From Macrostomum hystrix (taxonomy: Eukaryota > Animalia > Platyhelminthes): 64,000 bases of DNA. Location of the stretch: contig CATNEN010000039.1 of NCBI GenBank assembly GCA_950097015.1, positions 2,170,001 through 2,234,000 on the forward strand, read 5' to 3'. The position numbers were made by a program, and so were the translations under genes. Below the pieces are notes generated by a model. That model saw nothing but the letters and a program-made list of their open reading frames with translations, was not told the origin of the DNA and searched no databases. Positions 22,473 to 33,929 of the stretch are shown in pieces; the first letter of the stretch is position 1, and every line of letters begins with the position of its first letter.

Positions 22473-25291
22473 ATGCAGTCAGTGAAGCTGCCCACCATCA
22501 GCCGGTCCCAGGTGCGGCCCGTCTGGCTGCCCGAGGGCGCCGAGCCGCTCGGCGAGTTCCAGCCTCCGATGAGCTCCATCTTCAGGCAGGACTTTGTGCG
22601 GCACAGCTTGCCCCGGATGCCCGACCTGCGGCCCAAGGTCAGCGCCTACGTCAGCAACCTGCCGTTTGCGGCCACCTCCGAGCAGCGGGCGGCCTACCAG
22701 GGCGAGCAGCCGCCGCGCCGGCGGGTCCGCGTCCGTAGGGGTCAGCTGACCCTCTCCAGCGAGGCCTTCAACAACAGCAGCATCTACAGCCAGGAGTTTG
22801 TCGCGAAGGAAAGAGGTTTGAATCCCGATTGAGGACACGAAAATTATAGTTGTAGAGACTTAAACTTTTGCCATCCCCGACATAGAATGTCTTCTACTAT
22901 TACCTAAGTAGAAGGAATACCTAATCCCTTCCAAGAATCCAACGGCACCTACCTGATCGCACTATTCGATTCTAGGAATCCCAAACACCAAACTGAGTCA
23001 CCTAGGAATCCCCAGACACCTGCCCGAGTCGTCACTCTAGGAATCCCTAGACAGCTGCATGACTTACTTGACTTAGCGGCAGGGAGCCTCCATGACGGAC
23101 GCAGCGAGGAGGCGGCTGATGCCGCCCATATCGCTAACCCCTGGCAGAGACAGTTGCCTGAGTCACTCTAGGAATCCCCAGACAGCTGCCCGAGTCACTC
23201 TAGGAATCCCCAGACAATGCATGAGTCGCTCTAGGAATCCCCAGACAGCTGCCTGAGTCACTCTAGGAATCCCCAGACAGCTGCATGAGTCACTCTAGGA
23301 ATCCCCAGACAATGCATGAGTCACTCTAGGAATCCCCAGGCAATGCATGAGTCGCTCTAGGAATCCCCAGACAGCTGCCTGAGTCACTCTAGGAATCCCC
23401 AGACAGCTGCCTGAGTCACTCTAGGAATCCCCAGACAGCTGCATGAGTCACTCTAGGAATCCCCAGACAATGCATGAGTCACTCTAGAAATCCCCAGGCA
23501 ATGCATGAGTCACTCTAGGAATCCCCAGGCAATGCATGAGTCGCTCTAGGAATCCCCAGGCAATGCATGAGTCGCTCTAGGAATCCCCAGACAGCTGCCT
23601 GAGTCACTCTAGGAATCCCCAGACAGCTGCATGAGTCACTCTAGGAATCCCCAGACAGCTGCATGAGTCACTCTAGGAATCCCCAGACAATGCATGAGTC
23701 ACTCTAGGAATCCCCAGGCAATGCATGAGTCGCTCTAGGAATCCCCAGGCAATGCATGAGTCGCTCTAGGAATCCCCAGACAGCTGCCTGAGTCACTCTA
23801 GGAATCCCCAGACAGCTGCCTGAGTCACTCTAGGAATCCCCAGACAGTTGCCTGAGTCACTCTAGGAATCCCCAGACAGCTGCCTGAGTCACTCTAGGAA
23901 TCCCCAGACAGCTGCATGAGTCGCTCTAGGAATCCCCAGACAATGCATGAGTCACTTTAGGAATCCCCAGACAGCTGCCTGAGTCACTCTAGGAATCCCC
24001 AGACAATGCATGAGTCACTTTAGGAATCCCCAGACAGCTGCCTGAGTCACTCTAGGAATCCCCAGACAATGCATGAGTCGCTCTAGGAATCCCCAGACAG
24101 CTGCCTGAGTCACTCTAGGAATCCCCAGACAGCTGCCTGAGTCACTCTAGGAATCCCCAGACAGCTGCATGAGTCGCTCTAGGAATCCCCAGACAATGCA
24201 TGAGTCACTCTAGGAATCCCCAGACAATGCATGAGTCAACCAACCAACCAATCGCCATCGCCAGGAATCACGGAGAGCTACAAGCCCAAAACTGACGCCA
24301 GCCTATCCCAGGAGCCCTTCCAAGCCAGCAGTGTGTACAAGCTGGACTATCCCAGACACGAGAACAATCCCAGTATGACTGACACCCTGGCGAAGCTGCA
24401 GCAGCAGCAGCAGGCTGCCGTGGCAAGGCCTCAGCAGTACCAGACGGCTGATCCCAAACTGAGGTGCCTGGATGGAACTACCGACTACGCTGGCAACTTT
24501 CTTGATCCTCAGGTAAAAATTGAGATCCACGTCACTTCCTCGAATTTCTCGGAATAATGACTGGGGTTTGGATGCTATTTTTAGAAGCACTAACTAGGGA
24601 ATCCTGGTTCCCCAGCCAGCACTTGATTAAACGCAGCCAATGGATGCTACAAATGCATTTTTTTCAAATGTTTGGCTTCTCGACCAGGGGAGGCTTTGGG
24701 TTTTAGGAGTAGACCTTGGGCAAGACACTACGATCGTGATTTTCAGGTGGAACTTTCATTAGGATTTGCTGGGCTAGAAATAGCTATACATTTTTATCAG
24801 GAATCAGATGGGGCCGCGTCCCCCCCTAATCGGCTGACGAACCTATGTGGCACACCCTGGTAAGTGGGGCCCCCCGGTAGTGGTGCCCCATATGGTAGTG
24901 GCCTCGGTAGGCTACGCCACTACGTTCCTGTCCTCCACACCTTGTCGTGCAGGTGTCGGCTCGCCGGGTTCTGCCGCCAGGCTACAAGCCGCCGACGGAG
25001 CCAATGTCTAGCGACACCTCCTACAGCAAGGTGTTCGTGCCATTCGCCGGCGCCCAACCGGCGCCGATGTTCAAGCCCCAGACGGTGGCCTTCGTCTCCG
25101 GCGCCCCGTTTGTTGGCAAGTCCGTCTACAAAGACGACTTCGTGCCCAAGCCGCTGAGAAAGTCATCGGCCAACGTGCTGGAGAACCGGACCGGCATCAT
25201 GACGGTGGCCCGCCAGGAGGAGCCCGGAATGCCCGGCGTGCCGATCGAGTCCTTCCCGGAGAACATCTCCGGCGTGCTCTATCGCACCTGA
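22473..25291 (+). CDS. SAXO/FAM154-like stabilizer of axonemal microtubules (Mn-motif protein), ~309 aa
   Basis: Exons 22473-22815, 24265-24512, 24953-25291 in phase. Repeated Mn-like motifs SIFRQDF, SEQRAAY, SIYSQEF, SVYKLDY, TDYAGNF, TSYSKVF, SVYKDDF separated by Pro-rich spacers. Confidence 0.75.
23140..24240. repeat. 31-32-bp intronic minisatellite
   Basis: Unit TGAGTCACTCTAGGAATCCCCAGACAGCTGCC, more than 30 copies. Confidence 0.97.
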
Positions 25292-26045
25292 GACGTCGCG
25301 AACTATGCACTATGCACTACGGAACAGTAGCAATTGGGAATTGCTGTTCAAAACCCATCGTTCTTTGCTGTCTTCGGTTACTAACTCTCATTGGATAGAT
25401 TTCTCGGTAAATTACGAGAATATTTTTGTCTACATTTTTCAGTTAAACTACTGATGCATTGCTGCGTTAAAAAACAAAATATTAAGGAAATCTAGATAGA
25501 GTTTAATATAGATTTTATCGCAAGAATGCGCTACTGACTGGCATTCGAATGTATATCAATTGCCTATAAAATTACTCTGTACCAAAATTATCCTCTGCTA
25601 TTATTCGGAATAAAAATTTTAAGATATTTTGTTTTAACATAAATGAGCAACTCTTGTTTTCCCGATTGCATTTTGTGCTTTTTAATAGTTCTGGAAGTTA
25701 GCTCGTATAATGGAGAATATTTCGAACAACAAATATTTCCAGTTTGAATAATCGATTTTGTGATTTAATAATATCGCCTACACACAATAACGGACATCAA
25801 AATGAAATTTCAAATGGACGATTTCTCATAGATAAATTTTTTTTAAATCAACCAATCAGAGCGCATCTAGGCAAGAGAGGGAATGCGAATGGAGGGAGGT
25901 GGCTGTGCTCGCCTGCCCTAGCCAATCAGCATCGATAATAGGATCAATAGGAATAGAGCAAACCACCAAGCATACGCGAGAAAAAGAAATCAAAGGGAAT
26001 TGCATGTGGAAACAGTCGGCTGCCGGTCATTGTAGACGTCGATGC

Positions 26046-28150
26046 TCAGTCGCCGCCGCCATCGGCTCCGTCATCTCTGACATCATCGACTGGCTCCTCC
26101 TCCGGCTCGGCCTCCTCCTCAGCTTCGCCGTCCCCTGCCTCTTCCTCCTCTTCGGCCTCGATATCCTCGCCATCAGCATCCGCATCTTCGCCATCCTCGC
26201 CTTCTTCATCTCCATCATTCTCGTTGCCCTCCTCGCCTTCGTCCTCGCCGTCCTCTGCTTCTCCCGGGTCCTCATCGTCGGCTTCGTCCTCGTCGGCCTC
26301 GGAGTCCGCCTCGGAGTCATGCGCCGCGGCCTCGTCAGCCATCGCTGCCGCATCCGCTTCCAGCTGTAGCTGCCGATCTTGCTCCTCTTGAAGGAGCAGA
26401 CGTTCGAGTTCCAGCTGCTGCTGCTGTTGCTGCAGCAGTTCCAGCTCAAGCAGTTGCTGCTGCTGTTGCTGTACTTCGGAGGCATCAGCTTGACTGTGGA
26501 GTTTAATAAAAAGCTATTGAATGCGAATTATCGGTAACATATAAATCGGTATTTGAAACTGCCTCATCTCATCTCATTGACCTTTAGATAAAACGGCCAA
26601 TTTTCCCTCTTACCCTGTTGCATCATCGATCGGTTCCGCCACCTCCGTAGTGTCAATCGCCTCCACAGTAGTAAGCAAATTTTCCGCGCTCTCGCCTATC
26701 TCTCCGAATGCTTCTGTGATTGTCGCCGCGGCCAGGTCATCAGGATTGTCATCAGCAGTGCCACCAGCGGTGGCGGTAGCTACGGCAGCAGCTGCTGCTG
26801 CTGCGACCGCTGCAGCGTCGGTGGCGGCGGCCGTGGCCGCGTCTCTGGTGGCCAGCTCTGCGCGCCTGGCCGCCTCCTCGGCTTCCTCGGTTAGCCGAGC
26901 TCCGCGCAGCGCCTGAGCCGCCAGCATCTCGTCCGTGTAGCCAGCGTCCATCAGGCGCTCCATGCCACCGATATTTTTGAAGTCCACCTTGTGGATGTTG
27001 GGACGTTGTCGATAATAATAGTAGTAATAATAGTAACTATACTTGCAGGAGAGCTGGGGGCAATGGACATGGATAATTTGGATTATCATGACAATGGATG
27101 ATTTGGTGACACAGGACCCACAGCAGCAGCCAGCGAGGAGGCAGTTCTGCCCATTTCGCTGACTCCTGAGCACACACGCACACAGATACCGTAATCATCC
27201 TCAGGAAGTGTACTTCATTGTGCTTTGCAGGTTGGCCCCTCAAATGCGTAAGATTGCACGACAAGGCACCAAGCCTTGTCTTCGCGGCTGCGCCCTAAAT
27301 GAATGTGGCCTCGCCGCGAAATCGAAGTTAGACCGCACTGACACTCGCTCTCAAAGGGAGAGTTAGTTACTGGTTGGTTTCGTCTGGCATCTGCGGATGT
27401 CAGGCCTCGTGAATTAAATGCCCTGTTTGCATCCTGAAACTCACTCTACCTAACTGCGCTTGGTTTGAAGGCTCCCAACTCAAAGGAATCTCAGTTTTTT
27501 GTTACCCAAATAAATCAAGCGGCTCATTCCTAGACGGAAACTACCTTCAGACTGCCCAGTTGAAGCAGTGCGTTCAATTCGGCTTGGTTTTTCGCCTGAA
27601 GCAGCAACGGCTGCTCGCCTCCGGCAGACCCGGCAGCTGCAGCCCCGGCGGCTGCGGATTTCATGAGCGGCGATGCTCGGCTGACTCTCGCCGCCGGCTT
27701 TACCGTCGTCCTCGTTTTTGACGCCGCCGTGGTGGCAGCTGGTCCATCAGATGCAGGCTGGTCAACGAAAGTCTCTGGAAGACTGTCGATGAGCAGCCAG
27801 AGACCATCAGCCTGATGCAGGCAGGGCGTCTCCAGACTGCAGAGCTCATCGCCGTCCTGTTCGAAGCTATCCAGCTGAAATAGCACGGCTGCATTCTGGT
27901 TCGGCCTCCTGTGCTGATGCAGGCTGCCTTGCCAGCAGTGAAGCCGATTCACCTGCTGGTTCTGACCAGCCACGCGATGTCGATGGTGGCCGTGCTGATT
28001 GCAGTGGACGATGGCGTGACGAAATCGTGCAGCCAGGACCTCATCCGGGATAGTCATTCGCTCCCTGTAGCTGCAGCGGACCGCCTTCTTGCGCTGTCGC
28101 CGTCGCTGCATCAGCTGGAGCTCGTCGCGCACTCCGATGCAGTTGCCCAT
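26046..28150 (-). CDS. Uncharacterised protein with MGNC N-terminus, Ala/Gln-rich middle and Asp/Glu-rich tail, ~475 aa
   Basis: Phase-consistent exons 28150-27545, 26987-26614, 26493-26046; GC-rich coding-like composition; no recognised domain. Confidence 0.55.
27010..27345 (-). mobile_element. Diverged SINE copy
   Basis: Reverse complement aligns by eye with 53690-53998 and ends in a (TAT/TAC)n tail. Confidence 0.7.
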
Positions 28151-28769
28151 AGCAACGAGAGGACGCCAGGACTCGCGGGTAAGATCAAACAGTCTGCTTC
28201 TTCGTAGCCAAAAATGCAGAGAAATCTTGCGATTTCCAACCTTTTCCGCAGAATAATTTTGGGGGAAAGTTTTCAAGTGAAAGAAAATGACTGCCCAATG
28301 CACATTCGTGCGCTGCCCCAAGAGAGGGATTTTACGGCGGAGAGAGAGGGAGAGAGGAACAGTGTGCGTCTTTGGTTTGAATGCACCCATCGAGATATTC
28401 TGGCCCTCGCGCATCGCAGGCAGGTTTGGTAAATGCGGGATCAACACTATTACCCTCCCTACGAATCCATTTTCCTACACAAAACTTTACTCCTCCTACC
28501 AACAGCGCCTCTCTCCAGGTGGGCTTGATCGAGTCGCTATAACGACCAAACATCACTAGAGCTCTCCTCTAGTGGTAGTAGCATGGATTCGACTTATACT
28601 ACGAGTACGATGCAGTGTATATTTATTTAAGCACAGAAGAAGAGCATAGTTAAAAAGGCAGAATACGTTTTTCGTAGAAAAGCACCATTTGACATTGAAT
28701 AAACTTGTACTCGATAGAAAATACCTCAGCATTCCTTGCTCAGTTGCTCGATTCCAGTAAGCTGATTCC

Positions 28770-29322
28770 AGTTAGCCACTACCAGAATGAGCTACCAGTT
28801 AGCAACTACCAGAATGAGCTACCAGTTAGCAACTACCAGAATGAGCTACCAGATAGCAACTACCAGAATGAGCTACCAGTTAGCAACTACCAGAATGAGC
28901 TACCAGTTAGCAACTACCAGAATGAGCTACCAGTTAGCAACTACCAGAATGAGCTACCAGTTAGCAACTACCAGAATGAGCTACCAGTTGCCACTACCAG
29001 AATGAGCTACCAGTTAGCTACTACCAGAATGAGCTACCAGTTAGCCACTACCAGAATGAGCTACCAGTTAGCAACTACCAGAATGAGCTACCAGTTAGCA
29101 ACTACCAGAATGAGCTACCAGTTAGCAACTACCAGAATGAGCTACCAGTTAGCAACTACCAGAATGAGCTACCAGTTAGCAACTACCAGAATGAGCTACC
29201 AGAATGAGCTACCAGAATGAGCTACCAGAATGAGCTACCAGAATGAGCTACCAGAATGAGCTACCAGAATGAGCTACCAGAATGAGATACCAGAATGAGC
29301 TACCAGAATGAGCTACCAGAAT
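28770..29322. repeat. 27-bp minisatellite grading into a 13-bp sub-unit repeat
   Basis: CTACCAGAATGAGCTACCAGTTAGCAA then (CTACCAGAATGAG)n. Confidence 0.95.
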
Positions 29323-29914
29323 TATCAATTGAATTATAGTAATTCAATTGAGGTCTCATAGTCGCTCATAAAGATATCCCTAAGTCATTCAATAGAGAAC
29401 TTACGGTCACTCGATTGCGATCTTATTAGGCTTTGTAGGTTATATGCGTCTTAGATGTTTTGCTCTTTGTCTAAAATGTCTGTTACGTAGAAGAAAATAT
29501 ATATACTTTAACTTGATTTAACCTGCCCTTTTTATTACTGGCGTTTTAGTTTTCTAAGCATAAAAGCATACAAACCATCAAACAATAAAACAATGTAAAA
29601 AGGAAAATATCATACTTTCTACTCTCTGAGCGGCTTCAGTAGTGTAGTTTGAACATAATGCTATTTATAAAGTTGGCAAATATGCTATTGCACCAGTTGG
29701 CGAAATAGACAGCCATCACAGACTCAGGTAGAGCCGACGGAGCATGTACGTGCTTTAACTGTCCTTATGAATAGGTGGGACGAAATTCAAGAGTAAGGCA
29801 AGAATGTACGACAACTCAGCTGGAGTCTATAAAGCAATCTGGAGCTGTCCGTTCTGCTTATTAACAGAGAGAATTTACTTCTTGGAAATACGCAAAGCTG
29901 ATTAAAGTACACCG

Positions 29915-31952
29915 ATGCAGCATCCACAAGAGCAGCAGCAGCAGCAGCAGCATGAGGTGGAGGACCTGTCGATGTACGAGGCTCTGTTCGATCAGTTTCA
30001 AAGTGAAGTTTCGTCTGCCGAAGTAGGAAACATCCTGTCGTTGGGGGTGGAGCTGGACCCGGATGATGAGGCTGGAATCTGCCGAGTACCGGTGAGCGAC
30101 TTCGGCGATCAGGCATTCGTGTTGCGTGGCATCCTCGGTGCAGGCGAGTGGTCCGTAGTATTTCTCTGCAGCTCATCTCATTTTGGGCACTAATTAAAAA
30201 TTACAACACCTAAAAGACTTTCATTTTTAGTATAATAGACTAGCAATCTAGTCCCCCTCATGAGTACTTACTCAGTTCGCTTAAAGGTCAATATTAATGA
30301 ATATAAAATCAAGCAAATTTCTGTTTTCATGATCATTAAGTCATACAACTCTGAGTTGGATTTAAGGGCTAAACAAGAGGTCTAGATGCTTTCCATTCTA
30401 AAAATAGGCAACAAGAACTCTAAGTAGAGGAAAAAAGCATTTAAGTAGCATGCAGCTGCGCTGCGTCTATTAGAGCCGTCACCTGAAAATCAGAAATTCC
30501 TTCTGGCTGTGCAGGTGAGTGCCAACGCCTGGTCGCTGCGGCGGAAGCATCCGGCGGTCTGGCTCCCACCCCGGGCTTTTCCGAGGCCTACCGCAGCTGC
30601 CACCGGGTTGTTCTGCACGAGCCCGTCCTGGCCAAGCGCCTGTACCGCCGTCTGCTGCCACACCTGCCGCATCAGCTCACCTTTAAAGCTGGCGAAGACC
30701 CCGGGGCCACTCAGCATGTCTTTGGGCCGCGCAAACTGCTTGAGGGCGACTGGAAGCCCAGCTGCCTGAATCCCGTGCTGCGCCTCTGCCGCTACCAGCC
30801 CGGTCAGCACTTCGCACCGCACTACGATGGCCTCATTGTGCACGACGACAACAACAGGTAATTGACCCTGCGACAATCCTGACCCACTGATGCCAATCCT
30901 GACCCACTGATGCCAATCCTGACCCACTGATGCCAATCCTGACCCACTGATGCCAATCCTGACCCACTGATGCCAATCCTGACCCACTGATGCCAATCCT
31001 GACCCACTGATGCCAATCCTGACCCACTGATGCCAATCCTGACCCACTGATGCCAATCCTGACCCACTGATGCCAATCCTGACCCACTGATGCCAATCCT
31101 GACCCACTGATGCCAATCCTGACCCACTGATGCCAATCCTGACCCACTGATGCCAATCCTGACCCACTGATGCCAATCCTGACCCACTGATGCCAATCCT
31201 GACCCACTGATGCCAATCCGATGAACTCAGCGAACCAAGACTCTGAGCACACATCTCCCCGAACTCCATAATAATGAAGGTCCATGCAGACCTTCATGGT
31301 GTACCTCACCGACAATCCAGCAACGGACGGTGGCGCCACCAACTTCCTAGACGACAGCCTGGCCATGTCATCGCTGGTTGCCGTCGGTTCCTCGACCGAG
31401 GCGCAGCAGAAGCCGCGCCTGTCGGCTCCCAAGTCCAACATCACCTGCCAGGTGCATCCGGAGCGCGGGGCTGCTCTGGTGTTCAATCATTACCGACTGC
31501 ACGAGGGCGAACCGCTCGCTGCTGGCATAAAGTACATCCTGCGCACTGACATCATGTATAGGTTGGTGGCACAGAGTGTTGGGATGTCTTTTATAAGTAA
31601 TTTCAGTGCAAACGAAAATGATGAGTACAAATATCATTCTTTTATAGTAAGGGAATTCGATGTAAGGGATTACAACAAAGGAATCACGAGTGTATATTTG
31701 CAGAGATTTCTTGAACAAGTTAGGAATCTTATGTACAACTAGGGGATTTCGTGTACGGTGAAATCGACGGAGCTTACTAAAATCCTGGCCCGCAGGCGTG
31801 TCTCGACTTTGGAGTCGGATCCCATCCAGCTCGAGGCCCTGCGGCTGCTTCAGGAGGCGGAGCGGCTGGAGAGGCAGGGCCAAGCGGCGGCTGCTGTCGA
31901 TCTGTACAGGCGGGCCTTCCGAATGTTCCCGGAGCTGGAGACCTGCAGCTGA
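29915..31952 (+). CDS. 2OG-Fe(II) dioxygenase (prolyl-4-hydroxylase-like) with C-terminal TPR-like hairpin, ~336 aa
   Basis: Exons 29915-30143, 30515-30857, 31280-31561, 31796-31952. Motifs ECQRLV, RLCRYQPGQHFAPHYD (HxD), TFMVYL, GGATNF, LVFNH..HEG (distal His), KYILRTDIMY. Confidence 0.85.
30876..31219. repeat. 20-bp perfect intronic minisatellite
   Basis: Unit AATCCTGACCCACTGATGCC, about 17 copies. Confidence 0.98.
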
Positions 31953-32650
31953 ACTGACGAGGCAGCGCTGCCGCAGCTGCGGAGTGACAGAGCAGGCATT
32001 ATGTCAGACATAATTTTTTATATAGGCCTTATCGATTTAATGTTGCTTTCGTCAGTGAGTAAAAGTAACTCATTTTTAGACTGGGAATATTTTCAGTTCA
32101 ATTCGGTCTTCGTCTATATAAGAAGGCGGTTGCTATTTGTTCACTATTGAGTATACCATTTTACCTCTTGTTTTGAACAAAGCCTTGTTCACAAGAAACA
32201 AACAGAATTCCAATTCAAACACTTTAAGAAATATTATATAGTGCAAGAGCGGAAATTCAGTTCAAACCAAAGACTATAAATACCCTTTGAAATCTTTATT
32301 TATAATCCTTGGGTAATACTCTATTTATCCCTCGCTTGGCTGACGGCGCCAAAGTCTGTAGTCTATGGTAAAAAAACTGGCCGGGCCAGATAAATGAATC
32401 TTGCTTTCCTATTGGCGGAGCCATTTATTTGGCCCGGCCCAAGTGGGGGATAAATAATTTATCCCCCACTTGTCCCGGTCAAATAAGTCAATGGCCTAGT
32501 GTTGAAGCATTTATTTGTCCGGGACGACGAAATATTTATTCGTCCCGGACGAGGAAACGATTTATTTGGAACCGTTTCCATCAGAACCATAGACTGTTGA
32601 GCTATAGTTCTTTTTTTCCACAAGACCGAGCCAAGTTGGGGAAAAATACT

Positions 32651-32786
32651 ATCTCCCCCCGTTTATTCATTTGTCTATGGCCAGAACGACTTCAAACTCG
32701 TTTCTCTGGACTCGGCTGCGCCTCGGCCGAGAAACAAGTTCTCAGTCGTTCTGACGGCCACAGATAAATGAATAAACGGGAGAGAT
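32651..32786. repeat. Palindromic foldback element
   Basis: Arms ATCTCCC..GTTTATTCATTTGTCT..CAGAACGACT / AGTCGTTCTG..AGATAAATGAATAAACGGGAGAGAT. Confidence 0.8.
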
Positions 32787-32851
32787 TATATACATAATGG
32801 GCCTCAAACGGATATAATGCGCCTCAAATAAGCAATCTGATTTCATATAAA

Positions 32852-32956
32852 ATAATAGCCATTTAATAAGCATTCTGTGGTTCTTCGCTCGCCTCGAGAG
32901 CATTAAATGTAGCCTCGGACATTCTAACCACAGAATGCTTATTAAATGGCTATTAT
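32852..32956. repeat. Inverted repeat with perfect 31-bp arms
   Basis: ATAATAGCCATTTAATAAGCATTCTGTGGTT ... AACCACAGAATGCTTATTAAATGGCTATTAT. Confidence 0.9.
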
Positions 32957-33224
32957 GATATACCTAAATTGATGGTGTGAAATTATGAGTTAATATTTAT
33001 TGTACTCGTACGACTCAATGGCTGACTCAGCATTTGTTAAGAGATTAGGGGTGGGTGCTACAGCGCCTTGCATCAGTGAGAGAAAGTAAGCATTGGAAAT
33101 CTAAAGACAGCACAGTGGGGTGACATGGGTGCACGTGAACTATAGCCATGCAGATAGCAAATAGCGAGTATTGAAATGACAATAAACTACATAGCTGTTA
33201 TAGAGTGGCGCGCAAATGTAGGAT

Positions 33225-33319
33225 TAATATATCGCCGCTGAGTGCTTTAACGGTCTTAGCACGAGTGCGCGAAGCGCACGAGTGCTGAGACCGTTAAAGT
33301 TCAAAGCGGCGATATATTA
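33225..33319. repeat. Palindromic element with central GCGAAGC mini-hairpin
   Basis: TAATATATCGCCGCT..CTTTAACGGTCT..GTGCGCGAAGCGCAC..AGACCGTTAAAG..AGCGGCGATATATTA. Confidence 0.85.
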
Positions 33320-33929
33320 GTTGCATTGTAATATGCAAGCTGGGCCATAGACACTTGCGTTAAATGCACGCTCAAGCCTGTGGTTACGCTCCACATAGTG
33401 GCTGGCAAAATAAACTGTTTTTGTGCTTGTAGCGTTAGACGCACGCTAAATGCGTTACACGCATGATGAAAACGCTTAGCGCGGTTGAGTTTCTACCATA
33501 GACTACTTGCGTTACACGCACGCTGTCTAACGTTTAATGCACCGCATTGCGTGTTACAATGGTACTTTTGCTAAGCTATCCGACAGATGACATTTCTTGG
33601 AAATTTCTGAGCCACGATTATCTTGCCATTTTTCCACCGGGACAAGGCTAGAAAGAGAAATTTCTTGGAAATGGCTCTATGGCTGGCCAGAAATTTAGTG
33701 GGTACAAAGTGCTATTTTTAGACACAATGTACTCCCAATGTACACGCGGATTGTACAATAAATCCAGCTCGTAATTATTATCAAGATTGTAAAATAAAAC
33801 GAAAACAGCAAAGCTCTTCGATCCAGCCCAGAAGTTCAACGAAACCAGATAACATTCTAGAATCTACATCAATAAGCTCAGCAAGACAAGCATCTGCCTC
33901 ATCTTCCAAGCGAGATTCTTGATCCAACG

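Noticed and set aside
25899-26369. Hydrophobic multi-TM-looking ORF on the plus strand
   Set aside because: Antisense of the Asp/Glu-rich exon
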